DNA of 64,000 bases from an uncultured Candidatus Saccharibacteria bacterium (GCA_964577595.1 CAZNZK010000004.1:27294-91293); one strand, 5' to 3'; positions 47,519 to 57,261 are shown, counted from the stretch's first letter. Program-made: numbers and translations. The notes: generated by a model from the letters alone, not told the origin.

Positions 47519-49627
47519 CTACGCTACGATTTTGTAGTCAAGAGTTTTACTATCCAAATCGGCGCGGACGACGGCGAAGCGCACGGTGTCACCAAGGCGG
47601 TATTTTTTGCGGGTTTTTTCGCCTTCAACGGTATAGGTTTTGGGATTGAAAATGAAGTAGTCGTTGCCGAGCTCGCGGAGTGGCACCATGCCTTCACAAC
47701 GCGTTTCGGCATCTTCTATATATATGCCCCAGTCGGTGACGCCGGAAATGGTACCGGTAAACTGCTTGCCGATGCGTTCGCTCATGTATTCCACCTGCTT
47801 GTATTTAATAGAGGCGCGTTCGGCTTCGGCGGCGACAATTTCGCGCTCGCTGGCGTGGCTGGAAATTTTTTCAAGATTTTTCTGGCCTTCGGGCGAGCCG
47901 CTCAAAATGTCGGCGAGAACGCGGTGCACCACCAAATCAGTGTAGCGGCGAATAGGCGAGGTGAAGTGCGTATAAAAAGAAAAGCCGAGGCCGAAGTGAC
48001 CAATGTTTTGCGTGGAATACGCGGCCTTGGCCATGGAACGAATGGTGGCGGTTTTGATGAGTGATTCTTCCGGCACGCCGCGCACGCTCTCCAAAAGCAC
48101 GTTAATGTCGCGGGCGGTGATTTTGCCCTGCTTCACCGGCAGGTTGTAGCCCAGGGCCTGCAAAAACATGGCCAGCTCAGTGAGGCGCTCGCGCTCGGGT
48201 AAATCGTGAATGCGATAAATGGAAGCGTCGCGATTGCCGCTCATTTCGCCACCAACATGCACGTGCTTATTTTGTTTCTTGAAAATAAACTCAGCCACTT
48301 CGCGGTTGGCGAGCAACATGTATTCTTCCACCAGCTTGTGCGTATCAAGGTGCGGTTTTTTGATAATGGCGATAGGCTTGCCTTTGGCATCAAGCTTGAA
48401 TTTCACTTCGTCTTGGGCAAAATCAATGGCGCCCTTTTTATAATTCTCTGCCTGCATTTTCTTGGCAATCTGATTGAGTTTGGTAAGCTCGGCAACATAT
48501 TCATGACCGCCGGGCCCTACGCGGTTGGCATTGGCGTCGCTCGTGAACTTTAAATTTTTATCCAATACAGCCTGAGCGCTTTCATAGCTGAAGCGATGGT
48601 CGGAATTAATAACCGTGCGGCCAAACCACCGGTCATGCACATGGCCAGCGTCATCTATCACACAAATGCAAGAAAAAGCGAAGCGATCTTCGTGGGGATT
48701 CAAACTGCACAGGTCATTGGAAAGGACTTCCGGCAACATGGGGATGGTGCGGTCAACCAAATACACACTGAAACTGCGCTTCAGAGCTTCTTCGTTGAGA
48801 GCTGTGCCGGGGCGGACGTAATAGGAAACGTCGGCAATGTGCACACCAATTTCATAGCGGCCGGCATGGGGGCCATCAGTAATTTTCTTGAAAGAAATGG
48901 CGTCGTCAAAATCCTTGGCATCCACGGGGTCAATGGTAAATGTAAGCGTTTTTCTCACGTCGCGGCGCTTGGCGATTTCGGCTGGCTGGAGCGGATGCTC
49001 GCTTTGCTCAATTTTTTTCGCCTCGGCCAACACGTTTTCTGGAAAGGCTTGGTCAATGCCTCGATCAAGCAGGATGGATTGAATCTCAACCTCATGTTCA
49101 CCTTTGTTGCCAATAACTTGAACAACTTCGCCGGTAGGGAATTGTTCATTGGGGCGCCACTGCACCAACTTCACTACGACTTTTTCGGCGGCGGTTTTGA
49201 TTTCTGTTGGTTGTGGGGCGTTTGGAATTAAAAATTCAGCATACATGCGCCGGTCATCAGGCTTCACCCACGTTTTGTTGTCGTGCTTTACTAGCGTGCC
49301 CACAAACTGGGTGCGAGCGCGGCGCATTACTTGGGTCACTTGACCGGCCATTTGCACGAAATCGCCCTGTTCTACGCTCGTCCGGCGGGCTGATTTGCCC
49401 TTTTTAACGTCAAAATACTTGCCGGTAATGATAATAGCCACTTCGTCTCCATTAAAGGCTGTATTGACGAATTCGGGGTTAATAACCACCTCTTCGTCGC
49501 GTTTTTTCTTGCCGGTTTTGGGCGCGGCACCCGTTCCGGTAATAGTGACGAAGCCGAAGCCTTTGGCATTCGTTCTTATGATACCTACAGCGCTTCCTGT
49601 GCTTTCGTGAGAGGTTTTTTCGGGCAT
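47519..49627 (-). CDS. rnr: Ribonuclease R (RNB family 3'-5' exoribonuclease)
   Basis: Cold-shock/OB N-terminus, RNB catalytic domain (…SNDLCSLNPHEDRFAFSC…), and a C-terminal S1 domain. Start at ATG 49627 so it does not overlap rpsP. Confidence 0.85.
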   Translation of the reverse strand: MPEKTSHESTGSAVGIIRTNAKGFGFVTITGTGAAPKTGKKKRDEEVVINPEFVNTAFNGDEVAIIITGKYFDVKKGKSARRTSVEQGDFVQMAGQVTQVMRRARTQFVGTLVKHDNKTWVKPDDRRMYAEFLIPNAPQPTEIKTAAEKVVVKLVQWRPNEQFPTGEVVQVIGNKGEHEVEIQSILLDRGIDQAFPENVLAEAKKIEQSEHPLQPAEIAKRRDVRKTLTFTIDPVDAKDFDDAISFKKITDGPHAGRYEIGVHIADVSYYVRPGTALNEEALKRSFSVYLVDRTIPMLPEVLSNDLCSLNPHEDRFAFSCICVIDDAGHVHDRWFGRTVINSDHRFSYESAQAVLDKNLKFTSDANANRVGPGGHEYVAELTKLNQIAKKMQAENYKKGAIDFAQDEVKFKLDAKGKPIAIIKKPHLDTHKLVEEYMLLANREVAEFIFKKQNKHVHVGGEMSGNRDASIYRIHDLPERERLTELAMFLQALGYNLPVKQGKITARDINVLLESVRGVPEESLIKTATIRSMAKAAYSTQNIGHFGLGFSFYTHFTSPIRRYTDLVVHRVLADILSGSPEGQKNLEKISSHASEREIVAAEAERASIKYKQVEYMSERIGKQFTGTISGVTDWGIYIEDAETRCEGMVPLRELGNDYFIFNPKTYTVEGEKTRKKYRLGDTVRFAVVRADLDSKTLDYKIVA

Positions 49628-49688
49628 AGAGCGCCTAGTATAGCAATAATATTGACCTTTTACCATAGCTCTGCTACTATATCTGCCT

Positions 49689-50033
49689 ATGTTAAAAATC
49701 CGTTTACAGCGAGTTGGCCGCGTGCACGAACCCGTTTTCCGCGTGGTTGTAACCGACTCCCGCAACAGCACGAAAAGCGGCAAGGCCTTGGAAGTCGTTG
49801 GCTCGCACGATCCTCGCCATAAAGACAAAACTGCCTTGGATGTTGACCGCATCAAGCACTGGCTCTCTGTTGGTGCTCAGCCCACTATCACCATGCGCAA
49901 CATGTTTATCTCCAAGAAAATCATGGAAGGCAAGAAAATCAACGCTTTGCCGAAAAAGACCGTCCAGAAGAAAGAGGAAGTTGCCGCTGAAAGTGCCCCC
50001 AAAGCCGCTCCTGTCGAAAATCCAGCCGCATAA
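49689..50033 (+). CDS. rpsP: 30S ribosomal protein S16
   Basis: MLKIRLQRVGRVHEPVFRVVVTDSRNS…. Confidence 0.9.
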   Translation: MLKIRLQRVGRVHEPVFRVVVTDSRNSTKSGKALEVVGSHDPRHKDKTALDVDRIKHWLSVGAQPTITMRNMFISKKIMEGKKINALPKKTVQKKEEVAAESAPKAAPVENPAA

Positions 50034-50041
50034 TCGTATAT

Positions 50042-50070
50042 ATTGACAAAAACTCCAGCCCATGATATTA
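50042..50070 (+). promoter_or_regulatory. Sigma-70-like promoter TTGACA-17-TATTAT whose -10 sits in the loop of a CAGCCCAT/ATGGGCTG hairpin
   Basis: Read directly: attgacaaaaactccagcccatgatattatatgggctg. It lies upstream of the transglycosylase gene. Confidence 0.45.
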
Positions 50071-50161
50071 TATGGGCTGTTCAGCTAGAATGCTGATTAC
50101 TTTACCGGGGCGGATGCCTCGCGGAAAGTGCTCGGAGAGCGGCCTTTAAAGGGCTACTCCT

Positions 50162-50599
50162 ATGAAGACGTTCGTTTCTATTTTCGTAGTGGCGATAGTT
50201 GCTTTTCTTGGTGTGGTGCGGGCTCGGGCGGATAGTCCGCCCGATACCCTTATTGCGGCGCTGATTCAAAAAGAATCAAAAGGCAAGGACAAGGCGATTG
50301 GCGACACACAATTGCCCGATCATGCCTATGGTCCCTTGCAGATTCGTCAGCCATGCGTTGATGACGTGAACCGCGTCTGCTGCACGCACTACAAGGCCAG
50401 CGACTGTCTCGGTAATCGCACGCTGTCAATATGGATTTGTCGGGAGTACATCAATATGTACGCCACAAAAACGCACATCGGCCACGTGCCTACCACGGAA
50501 GATATGGCCCGGATATGGAATGGCGGAGGTCCACAAGGATTCAAAATCTCCCGCACGCTCCGTTACTGGGCCGACATCAAAAAGCTCCTTGGGAAGTAA
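50162..50599 (+). CDS. Secreted lysozyme-like / lytic transglycosylase (SLT, GH23-like) domain protein
   Basis: Signal peptide; IQKESKG (catalytic Glu context) …YGPLQIRQ. Confidence 0.5.
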   Translation: MKTFVSIFVVAIVAFLGVVRARADSPPDTLIAALIQKESKGKDKAIGDTQLPDHAYGPLQIRQPCVDDVNRVCCTHYKASDCLGNRTLSIWICREYINMYATKTHIGHVPTTEDMARIWNGGGPQGFKISRTLRYWADIKKLLGK

Positions 50600-50606
50600 T
50601 TCCCGG

Positions 50607-50641
50607 CGTCGCAGGCACAATGCTTGCGACGCTTTTTTTTA
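50607..50641 (+). terminator. Strong rho-independent terminator (CGTCGCAGGC-ACAAT-GCTTGCGACG + T8)
   Basis: 10-bp stem plus TTTTTTTT. Confidence 0.7.
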
Positions 50642-50789
50642 TACCCACTCTTTCGGATGAAATCTTTCTAAAGCACTCTGCACAGGTGTAATTGACGCGC
50701 CTCGCGGCGGTCTGTTACAATTGAGCCGTAAGCGATGATATCCCGCTTCACCGCTTTGTCAGTTACTTATCCAGTTAATACCGCACACT

Positions 50790-51101
50790 ATGGAAAACGA
50801 CGCACAATTTCTTGACTACGTTATTAAAGCTTTAGTTGAAAATCCCGCCGACGTAAAAATTACTCGCACAGTAGATGAAATGGGGGTCCTGCTCACGCTT
50901 ATGGTGAACCGCGCCGATATGGGCAAAATCATCGGCCGCACCGGCAATACCGCCAAGGCCGTTCGCACGCTCTTGCGAGTAGTGGGAATGAAAAACAATG
51001 CCCGCGTTAACCTGAAAATCAATGAGCCCGAAGGCGGCCCGATGCCCCGCGAATCCGTCACTAAAACGGTAGATGAGGCGATGGAGGATATTAAGCTCTA
51101 A
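50790..51101 (+). CDS. KH-domain RNA-binding protein (KhpA/YlqC-like)
   Basis: …GKIIGRTGNTAKAVRTLL… GxxG KH motif, and the conserved rpsP-KH-trmD neighbourhood. Confidence 0.8.
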   Translation: MENDAQFLDYVIKALVENPADVKITRTVDEMGVLLTLMVNRADMGKIIGRTGNTAKAVRTLLRVVGMKNNARVNLKINEPEGGPMPRESVTKTVDEAMEDIKL

Positions 51102-51146
51102 ATTTGTATTTGGACAAAATTGAAATTTCATGGTATTTTATATGCC

Positions 51147-51821
51147 ATGCGGTTTCACATTATTTCACTTTTTCCGAGTGCTTTTGATTCGTATTTAGGC
51201 GAGTCAATTTTGAAGCGGGCGATTGAAGACGGCAAAATTGCCGTGCGTTTTTATAATCCCCGTGATTTTGCCGCGGGCAATAGCGGCCGGGCGGTGCGGG
51301 TTGACAAGCGGCCTTATGGTGGCGGCCCGGGCATGGTTATTGAGGCGTTGCCGGTGGTGAAGGCTGTTGAAAAAGCTCTTGCGGCAGTAAAAAAGAATAA
51401 AAAAGCCAGGGAAAAAATAAAGACGAAAATAATTTGGCTGGCGCCAGGTGCCAAGCAGTTTGATACTGAGTATGCGGGTGCAACTGCGCAAAAATATACC
51501 GATATCATCATTATCTGTGGCCGCTATGAAGGCATTGACGCGCGGGTCAAAAAAATATTCAAATGTGAGGAAATTTCCATTGGGCCTTTTGTGCTTACGG
51601 GTGGTGAATTACCAGCCATGCTCATTATTGATTGTGTTAGTCGCCAAGTTTCCGGCGTTTTGGGTGATTTCAATTCTTTGGAGGAAAGTCGTGTGGCTAG
51701 TCACGATGTATACACTCGGCCGGAAAAGCTTGTCTACAAAGGTAAAAAGTACAACGTGCCGCCGATTCTGCTTTCTGGCCATCAGGCTAAAATTGAGGAG
51801 TGGAAACAAAAGCAGGGTTAA
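51147..51821 (+). CDS. trmD: tRNA (guanine37-N1)-methyltransferase
   Basis: MRFHIISLFPSAFDSYLGESILKRA…, SPOUT fold motifs. Confidence 0.9.
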   Translation: MRFHIISLFPSAFDSYLGESILKRAIEDGKIAVRFYNPRDFAAGNSGRAVRVDKRPYGGGPGMVIEALPVVKAVEKALAAVKKNKKAREKIKTKIIWLAPGAKQFDTEYAGATAQKYTDIIIICGRYEGIDARVKKIFKCEEISIGPFVLTGGELPAMLIIDCVSRQVSGVLGDFNSLEESRVASHDVYTRPEKLVYKGKKYNVPPILLSGHQAKIEEWKQKQG

Positions 51822-51849
51822 AGGGGTGTTCTGGCCGGGGCTCTTTGTG

Positions 51850-52105
51850 TGGCTACAGAAAAGTGTTAAAAAACTTGTCAAATTTCTTGAAAAACAAATT
51901 TTCTTCCCGTTCGAGCCTTTTAATCAGGGCTTATTTTGCACATAAAACATATGCAGAAAAACGCATATGTTTTTCTGTGATGTAATGTGGCACGGGGTGG
52001 CTTCATTTAGCCATCTCCAAAATAAAAAAGATGAAGAAAAAATGAAAATCCTATCTTTTGAGGGTTTTTCTGTAGGTACCCAAAAAGGTTGTACTGATTC
52101 TGGTG
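51850..52105 (+). repeat. Copy B of the ~260-bp intergenic element
   Basis: See copy A. Located between trmD and the PIG-L deacetylase gene. Confidence 0.75.
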
Positions 52106-52138
52106 TCAGATAAAAATTGCTATATAATAAGAGTGATG

Positions 52139-53053
52139 TGGAATACTCGACGAATTCTGTTCATTATTTTCGCTATTATTTTCATTTTTGTGCTGATTGC
52201 CGGCACGCATGCTTTAGTGAAGCGCTATCAGGGTGTGACCTTGCCGCCGAATGCTCCGGGCACCACTTTGCCTGGCAATGGCCCTATCACTATCATTCTC
52301 GCTCCGCATTTTGACGACGCTGTTCTGCCGCTCGGCGGCCTTCTAGCCCGGCATGACAGACCGGCTCTTGTCGCCACGTTTTTCACCGGAGCACCCGCTG
52401 TGGCTACGAGCACCGATTGGGATACTCGTGCTGGCTTTACCGATAGTACTATCGCCACGAACGTTCGTATGGCTGAAAATCAAAATGCGCTAGGGAAGCT
52501 CGGCGTCGTCGGCGAAAATTACGGCTATCTTGATTTGCAATATGGTCGGCCTATTTCAAGCGATATTCTTGAGAGTACTATTGCCCAAGATATTCAGGCG
52601 CTTTTGGTCGCCAATACTGGCCGCGCGGTGAATATATATGGACCTTCCACTTTCGGTGCTCCCGCTGAAATGACTCATCCCGACCATCAAATTCTTCACG
52701 ATGCTTTTACGGACGTTGCTCAGAATTTTCCTGCCAAAAACGTGCGATTCTTTTATTATGAGGACTATCCTTATGTCACGCATTTTGCCAGCACGTCGGT
52801 AATCTCTTTGCAAAAATATCTGGAAAATAGTACCGGCTTTTCTTTAAACGAAATAGATATTCCACTTTCAGCCGGCCAGGTTGCCGCGAAAATTTCTGCG
52901 CTGAAGCAATATGGCTCGCAAATTCAAGCCTTTACTTCGGACGGTAAGGACTTGATAGGCGGCTCGAAAAAATACACCTCTACCCGCTGTGCCGGCCAGG
53001 CCTGCGAGGTTGTCTATCAAATTATTCCAGGAACTTCTGGGTTGCCGCAGTAA
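52139..53053 (+). CDS. LmbE/PIG-L family deacetylase with an N-terminal membrane anchor
   Basis: …ILAPHFDDAVLPLGG… and …THPDHQILHD… motifs. Start at ATG 52139 (MWNTRRILFIIFAIIF…) preferred. Confidence 0.6.
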   Translation, partial: WNTRRILFIIFAIIFIFVLIAGTHALVKRYQGVTLPPNAPGTTLPGNGPITIILAPHFDDAVLPLGGLLARHDRPALVATFFTGAPAVATSTDWDTRAGFTDSTIATNVRMAENQNALGKLGVVGENYGYLDLQYGRPISSDILESTIAQDIQALLVANTGRAVNIYGPSTFGAPAEMTHPDHQILHDAFTDVAQNFPAKNVRFFYYEDYPYVTHFASTSVISLQKYLENSTGFSLNEIDIPLSAGQVAAKISALKQYGSQIQAFTSDGKDLIGGSKKYTSTRCAGQACEVVYQIIPGTSGLPQ

Positions 53054-53951
53054 TAGAACGGCGGTCCTTGGCGCTTGTGGAAGAGTACCAGTGAATTTTA
53101 GTGTCGCGTTTAAACCATTGATTTTGGCGGCGGGCATAGTGCCAAATGGCGTGTTGTAGCTCGGTTTCCATTTCTTCGCGGGAGATTTTCTTTTGTAAAA
53201 AGCGGGCGAGTGAGCGGTATTCAAGGCCGAGCATTTCCATTTTTGTGTAGGAAAGGCCGGCGGCATGGAGGCGTTTTGCTTCCGGAATCATTCCGTGCGA
53301 AAGGCGCGCGTGCAGGCGTGTGGCGATTTTTTCTTTTAAGATTTCCGACGGCAATTTCAAGCCAATGAAAAATGGTTGATAGGGAAGGTCTGTTTTCTTG
53401 GTGTCCGCCTGTTCCGGCACTTTTCCGAGTGCCTCCACAATTTCCAAGGCGCGAATAAGCCGGCGGGGATTATTGCGGTCAATTTCCGCCGCTCGGCGTG
53501 GATCCTTTTTTGCGAGCATGGCGAAAAGTTGGGCTGGCGTTTTCCGCGCTAATTTTTTGCGCAAAGCCACATTGGGCGGAACATCGGGAAAAACCGTGCC
53601 GTTTACCAATGCTTGAATATAAAAACCGGTGCCGCCGCAAATTATCGGCACTTTGCCGCGGGCGATAATGTCAACAATAGCCTTTTCTCCAAGCTGGCGG
53701 AATTTTTCGGCAGTAAATTGCTTTTTAGTGCCAACTGTTTTCGGCGAGGCAACGTCTAGTAGGTGGTGCTGTACACCCTGCATTTCGCGCTTAGTAATTT
53801 TCCCCGTGCCAATATTCAGGCCGCTATACACTTGCCGTGAATCGGCAGAAATAACTTCACCATTAAAACGCCGCGCTAACTCCACCGCCAGCGTGCTTTT
53901 ACCCACGGCGGTGGGGCCCAGTACCACTATCACTTTTGTTTTCTCTTTCAT
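53022..53951 (-). CDS. miaA: tRNA dimethylallyltransferase
   Basis: VIVVLGPTAVGKSTLAVELARRFNGEVISADSRQVY…. Confidence 0.9.
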   Translation of the reverse strand: MKEKTKVIVVLGPTAVGKSTLAVELARRFNGEVISADSRQVYSGLNIGTGKITKREMQGVQHHLLDVASPKTVGTKKQFTAEKFRQLGEKAIVDIIARGKVPIICGGTGFYIQALVNGTVFPDVPPNVALRKKLARKTPAQLFAMLAKKDPRRAAEIDRNNPRRLIRALEIVEALGKVPEQADTKKTDLPYQPFFIGLKLPSEILKEKIATRLHARLSHGMIPEAKRLHAAGLSYTKMEMLGLEYRSLARFLQKKISREEMETELQHAIWHYARRQNQWFKRDTKIHWYSSTSAKDRRSITAATQKFLE

Positions 53952-53979
53952 ACAAACTTAACAGATATTTCTGAAAAGG

Positions 53980-54063
53980 TGCCGAGAGAGGGACTCGAAC
54001 CCTCATGACCTTGCGATCGATAGATTTTGAATCTATTGCGTCTACCAATTCCGCCATCTCGGC
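53980..54063 (-). tRNA. tRNA-Leu (anticodon CAA)
   Basis: GCCGAGA acceptor, anticodon arm ATAGA-TTCAAAA-TCTAT, long variable arm, T-loop TTCGAGT. Confidence 0.8.
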
Positions 54064-54138
54064 ATAGATAACCCACTCAGCATACCCGATTTTGGCCAAA
54101 AATCAAAACCAGAAAATCTCAGTTTCTTTTATGATATA

Positions 54139-55131
54139 ATGGCAGAAAACAACATGTCCCAATTTCATCAAGACGCAATTTTCTGGATAGAAGTAGATAA
54201 AATCAAGCCGAACCCGTTCCAGCCGCGGCGTGATTTTGACCAGGCGGCTTTGCAAGCCCTTTCCGATTCTATTCGCCAATATGGCGTGCTCCAAGCCCTG
54301 GTGGTGACGCGTAAGGAAGTGGTGAAGCCCGATGGTGGCCTCACTACCGAATACGAGCTCATCGCCGGTGAACGCCGCCTCCGCGCTTCTAAGCTGGCTG
54401 GCATTCGCGAAGTGCCCTGCCTCATTAAAGTTGATGAACAAGGTGGCGACAACGATCTTCTCAAGCTTGAGCTGGCGATTATTGAAAATGTTCAGCGTGA
54501 GGATTTGAATTCCGTTGACCGCGCCCGGGCTTTTCGCCGCCTGGCCGACGAGTTCGGTTTCAAACAGCATCAAATCGCCGCTAAAGTTGGCAAGAGCCGC
54601 GAATATGTCGCCAATACCATGCGCATTTTAGATTTACCGCAGGTTATTCTGGACGCGCTTTCCGCCGGCACTATTAGCGAAGGCCACTCGCGGCCCTTGC
54701 TCATGCTCGCCGATAGGCCTGCCGAGCAAGACACGCTTTTCAAGGAAATTATTGCTAAAAAATTAACTGTTCGTGACGCCGAGCGCATTGCCCGCCACAT
54801 TGCCGTGGAGCGCACAAGGAAGCGCGATCCGCTTTTTGATCAGGACATGTTGGACATGGAAAAGAAGCTGGCTGACACCCTCGGCACCCGCGTGCACATT
54901 GAGAAGCGCGAAAGTGGCGGCAAAATCATGATTGACTTTTTCTCCAAGGACGATCTGCAGACTCTTTTGAATTTAGTGAATGGTATTAAAATTCCGGCAA
55001 CACTGGCAAAAGAATTAAAAGCTGACGCCAAAGCCGAAGCGGCCGCCGGCCCTATTGACGATCGTACTCCCGCCGAAATCAAGCAGGAAGAAAACGAGGA
55101 CATTTACTCTGTTAAGAATTTTAGTTTGTAA
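54139..55131 (+). CDS. parB: ParB/Spo0J-family partition protein (no parA adjacent)
   Basis: …IELIAGERRLRASKLAGIREVPCLI… ParB box and HTH. Confidence 0.8.
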   Translation: MAENNMSQFHQDAIFWIEVDKIKPNPFQPRRDFDQAALQALSDSIRQYGVLQALVVTRKEVVKPDGGLTTEYELIAGERRLRASKLAGIREVPCLIKVDEQGGDNDLLKLELAIIENVQREDLNSVDRARAFRRLADEFGFKQHQIAAKVGKSREYVANTMRILDLPQVILDALSAGTISEGHSRPLLMLADRPAEQDTLFKEIIAKKLTVRDAERIARHIAVERTRKRDPLFDQDMLDMEKKLADTLGTRVHIEKRESGGKIMIDFFSKDDLQTLLNLVNGIKIPATLAKELKADAKAEAAAGPIDDRTPAEIKQEENEDIYSVKNFSL

Positions 55132-55149
55132 CTGTCATAGAAAAGCGGT

Positions 55150-55710
55150 ATGAGAAAAATCATCGTCTCAAATATGATTTCGGTGGATGGGTATTTTGCC
55201 GGGCCCAACGAGGAATTGGATTGGCATGTGGTAGATGACGACTTTAATACGTACGCCCTTGAAATGCTCGCTTCCGTAGACACGCTTATTTTTGGCCGAG
55301 TCACCTACGACATGATGGCTAGCTATTGGCAGAGCAAGGCAGGTGTGGAAGACAGTCTAGAGGTAGCGCAGGCCATGAATGCGTTGCGGAAAATTGTCTT
55401 TTCAAGAGACATGCAAAAGGCCAACTGGAATAATACGAAGGTGGTGAACGAGATTGATGCGGCGGCTATCACGGCAATGAAAAACGAGCCAGGCAAAGAC
55501 ATGGTTATTTTGGGTAGTGGCACCATTGTCCAACAGCTCACCGACCTCGGCTTAATAGACGAATACCGACTTATTGTTGCGCCCGTGGCTCTGGGCGTCG
55601 GCAAAGCGCTTTTTGGTGGCATTCAGAAGCGCCTCAAACTCACGCTTACTGGCACGAAAGTTTTAGCGTGCGGTGATGTCATTATGTATTACAAGCCCAT
55701 AACCCAATAA
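55150..55710 (+). CDS. Dihydrofolate-reductase-family protein (RibD C-terminal-domain-like)
   Basis: MRKIIVSNMISVDGYFAGPNEELDWH…LIFGRVTYDMM…MVILGSGTIVQQL…. Confidence 0.7.
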   Translation: MRKIIVSNMISVDGYFAGPNEELDWHVVDDDFNTYALEMLASVDTLIFGRVTYDMMASYWQSKAGVEDSLEVAQAMNALRKIVFSRDMQKANWNNTKVVNEIDAAAITAMKNEPGKDMVILGSGTIVQQLTDLGLIDEYRLIVAPVALGVGKALFGGIQKRLKLTLTGTKVLACGDVIMYYKPITQ

Positions 55711-55715
55711 AAATC

Positions 55716-56222
55716 GTGAAAAATCTTACGACGTGCATTTGGTTTGATACGCAGGCGGAAGAAGCGGCACATTTTTACGTTAACCTTTTTACTGAGGCTG
55801 GCCACAAGGGCACGCTCGGCCAAGTGATGCGTTACGGTAAAGCTTCTGAAGAGGTGTCGGGCAAGCCGGCCGGCTCGGTGATGACGGCAGTTTTTGAGCT
55901 GGATGGTCAGGAATTTATGGCGCTCAATGGTGGCACTCACTTTACACTTTCGGGTGCCATTTCATTTATTATTACCTGCGAAACGCAAAAAGAAATAGAT
56001 TTATTCTGGAATAAGCTTTCCGAAGGTGGTGAGGCAGGCCAGTGCGGCTGGATCAACAAAGATAAATTTGGTGTAACATGGCAAATTACTCCGAGCATTT
56101 TGCCCAAACTCCTTTCTAATAAAAATAAACAAAAGTCCGAAGCAGCCATGAAGGCGATGCTTGGTATGACAAAACTAGATATTGCCACGCTTCAAAAAGC
56201 GTTTGACGAAGCGGGGGAATAA
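55716..56222 (+). CDS. VOC-superfamily protein, PhnB-like
   Basis: …CIWFDTQAEEAAHFYVNLF…TAVFELDGQEFMALNGG… Its last 19 nt (tgacgaagcgggggaataa) recur at 57241..57259. Confidence 0.6.
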   Translation: MKNLTTCIWFDTQAEEAAHFYVNLFTEAGHKGTLGQVMRYGKASEEVSGKPAGSVMTAVFELDGQEFMALNGGTHFTLSGAISFIITCETQKEIDLFWNKLSEGGEAGQCGWINKDKFGVTWQITPSILPKLLSNKNKQKSEAAMKAMLGMTKLDIATLQKAFDEAGE

Positions 56223-56226
56223 AAAC

Positions 56227-56625
56227 TTATTTAAAAACTACTTCAAGTTTAATACGGTCAGGATCTTCAAAATAGATCGCGTAATATGTTGGCCCGTATT
56301 CTGGCATGGGTTTCGGGCTACTATAAAGAGGTACTATTTTTCTCGGCTTCAAAAATTCTTTAGTAAAAGTATCAACGTCTTTCTTAGGTTCTACCCGAAA
56401 AGCAAGATGATTGAGCCCCGTCGCTTTGCGATGAAACGAAAGTGATTGAAATTTTGCATCAGTCTGCATTATCCAAATAACAGTGCCGCCATTACTTGCT
56501 CCTATATGTTCAGAGCTTTCGTCAATGATTTTATATTCTAAATAAGCAAAGAGGTCCTTATAAAAAGGAAGGGAAACGGCGGCCGAAGAGACGTTGATTT
56601 GGATGTGGTAGAGAGAAGCTTTCAT
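56227..56625 (-). CDS. Glyoxalase/bleomycin-resistance (VOC) family protein
   Basis: MKASLYHIQINVSSAAVSLPFYKDLF…HLAFRVEP…. Confidence 0.65.
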   Translation of the reverse strand: MKASLYHIQINVSSAAVSLPFYKDLFAYLEYKIIDESSEHIGASNGGTVIWIMQTDAKFQSLSFHRKATGLNHLAFRVEPKKDVDTFTKEFLKPRKIVPLYSSPKPMPEYGPTYYAIYFEDPDRIKLEVVFK

Positions 56626-56724
56626 TAATTTAGTGTAACATGGCCGTTAGTATTTTACTTATTATGCTATTCTTTATAATAGATTTAAGAAAATTTTGAC
56701 CTATGGAATACGCTTAAAAAGCAG

Positions 56725-57078
56725 TTGCATGCTTCGTTTTTAGATGCAACTAACTTTCCCAAAGAAGGTGAGGTGTGGGTGGCGATACTTGGTAAGAATA
56801 TAGGGTCTGAGATAAACGGTGGTTTGCATAATTTCTCCCGGCCGGTTCTGGTTGTGAAAAAGTTTAGTAATCAAATATATTGGGCGGTTCCGCTTTCCAC
56901 TAAGCAAAAATCCTTGGATTTCTACCTTAATTTTACTGATGTTGATGGCCAGAAAGTGGCACTAATTTTAGCCCAATTACGCTTAATCAACATACGAAGA
57001 TTTCGAAGAAAAGTGTATGATATCGCGCCAGAAATCTTTAGGGATATTCGCCAACGGCTGATAGGCTATCTTACATAA
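56725..57078 (+). CDS. MazF/PemK-family toxin-like protein (paralog of 18074..18478) with no adjacent antitoxin
   Basis: …GEVWVAILGKNIGSEINGGLHNFSRPVLVVKKFS…IYWAVPLSTK…ILAQLRLIN… has the same conserved blocks as the other copy. Confidence 0.55.
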   Translation: MHASFLDATNFPKEGEVWVAILGKNIGSEINGGLHNFSRPVLVVKKFSNQIYWAVPLSTKQKSLDFYLNFTDVDGQKVALILAQLRLINIRRFRRKVYDIAPEIFRDIRQRLIGYLT

Positions 57079-57079
57079 T

Positions 57080-57170
57080 CGAAATCCCCGCAAATGCGGG
57101 GATTTCTCGAACCACTGATTTCTCAGGGTGCTATATATCGAAACCCCCAAAGAGGTTTCTCGAACTATTG
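57080..57170. repeat. Two related GC hairpins in tandem (GAAATCCCCGC-AAAT-GCGGGGATTTC and GAAACCCCC-AAAG-AGGTTTC, each followed by tcgaac…)
   Basis: Read directly. The first is immediately 3' of the MazF-like gene and probably acts as a terminator. Confidence 0.6.
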
Positions 57171-57240
57171 GTTACCCAACAGCACTATGTAAGGAGAATT
57201 ATACGCCAGCATTTTATCCCGTCAACTGATTTTACTCAAC

Positions 57241-57259
57241 TGACGAAGCGGGGGAATAA
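57241..57259. repeat. Second copy of the 19-bp direct repeat tgacgaagcgggggaataa (first copy 56204..56222)
   Basis: Exact 19/19 match. The repeats bracket 1018 bp holding the VOC and MazF-like genes. Confidence 0.8.
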
Positions 57260-57261
57260 CG

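Noticed and set aside
54103-54573. 156-aa ORF on the minus strand
   Set aside because: Entirely antisense to the well-supported parB gene (54139..55131). No motifs. Typical shadow ORF.
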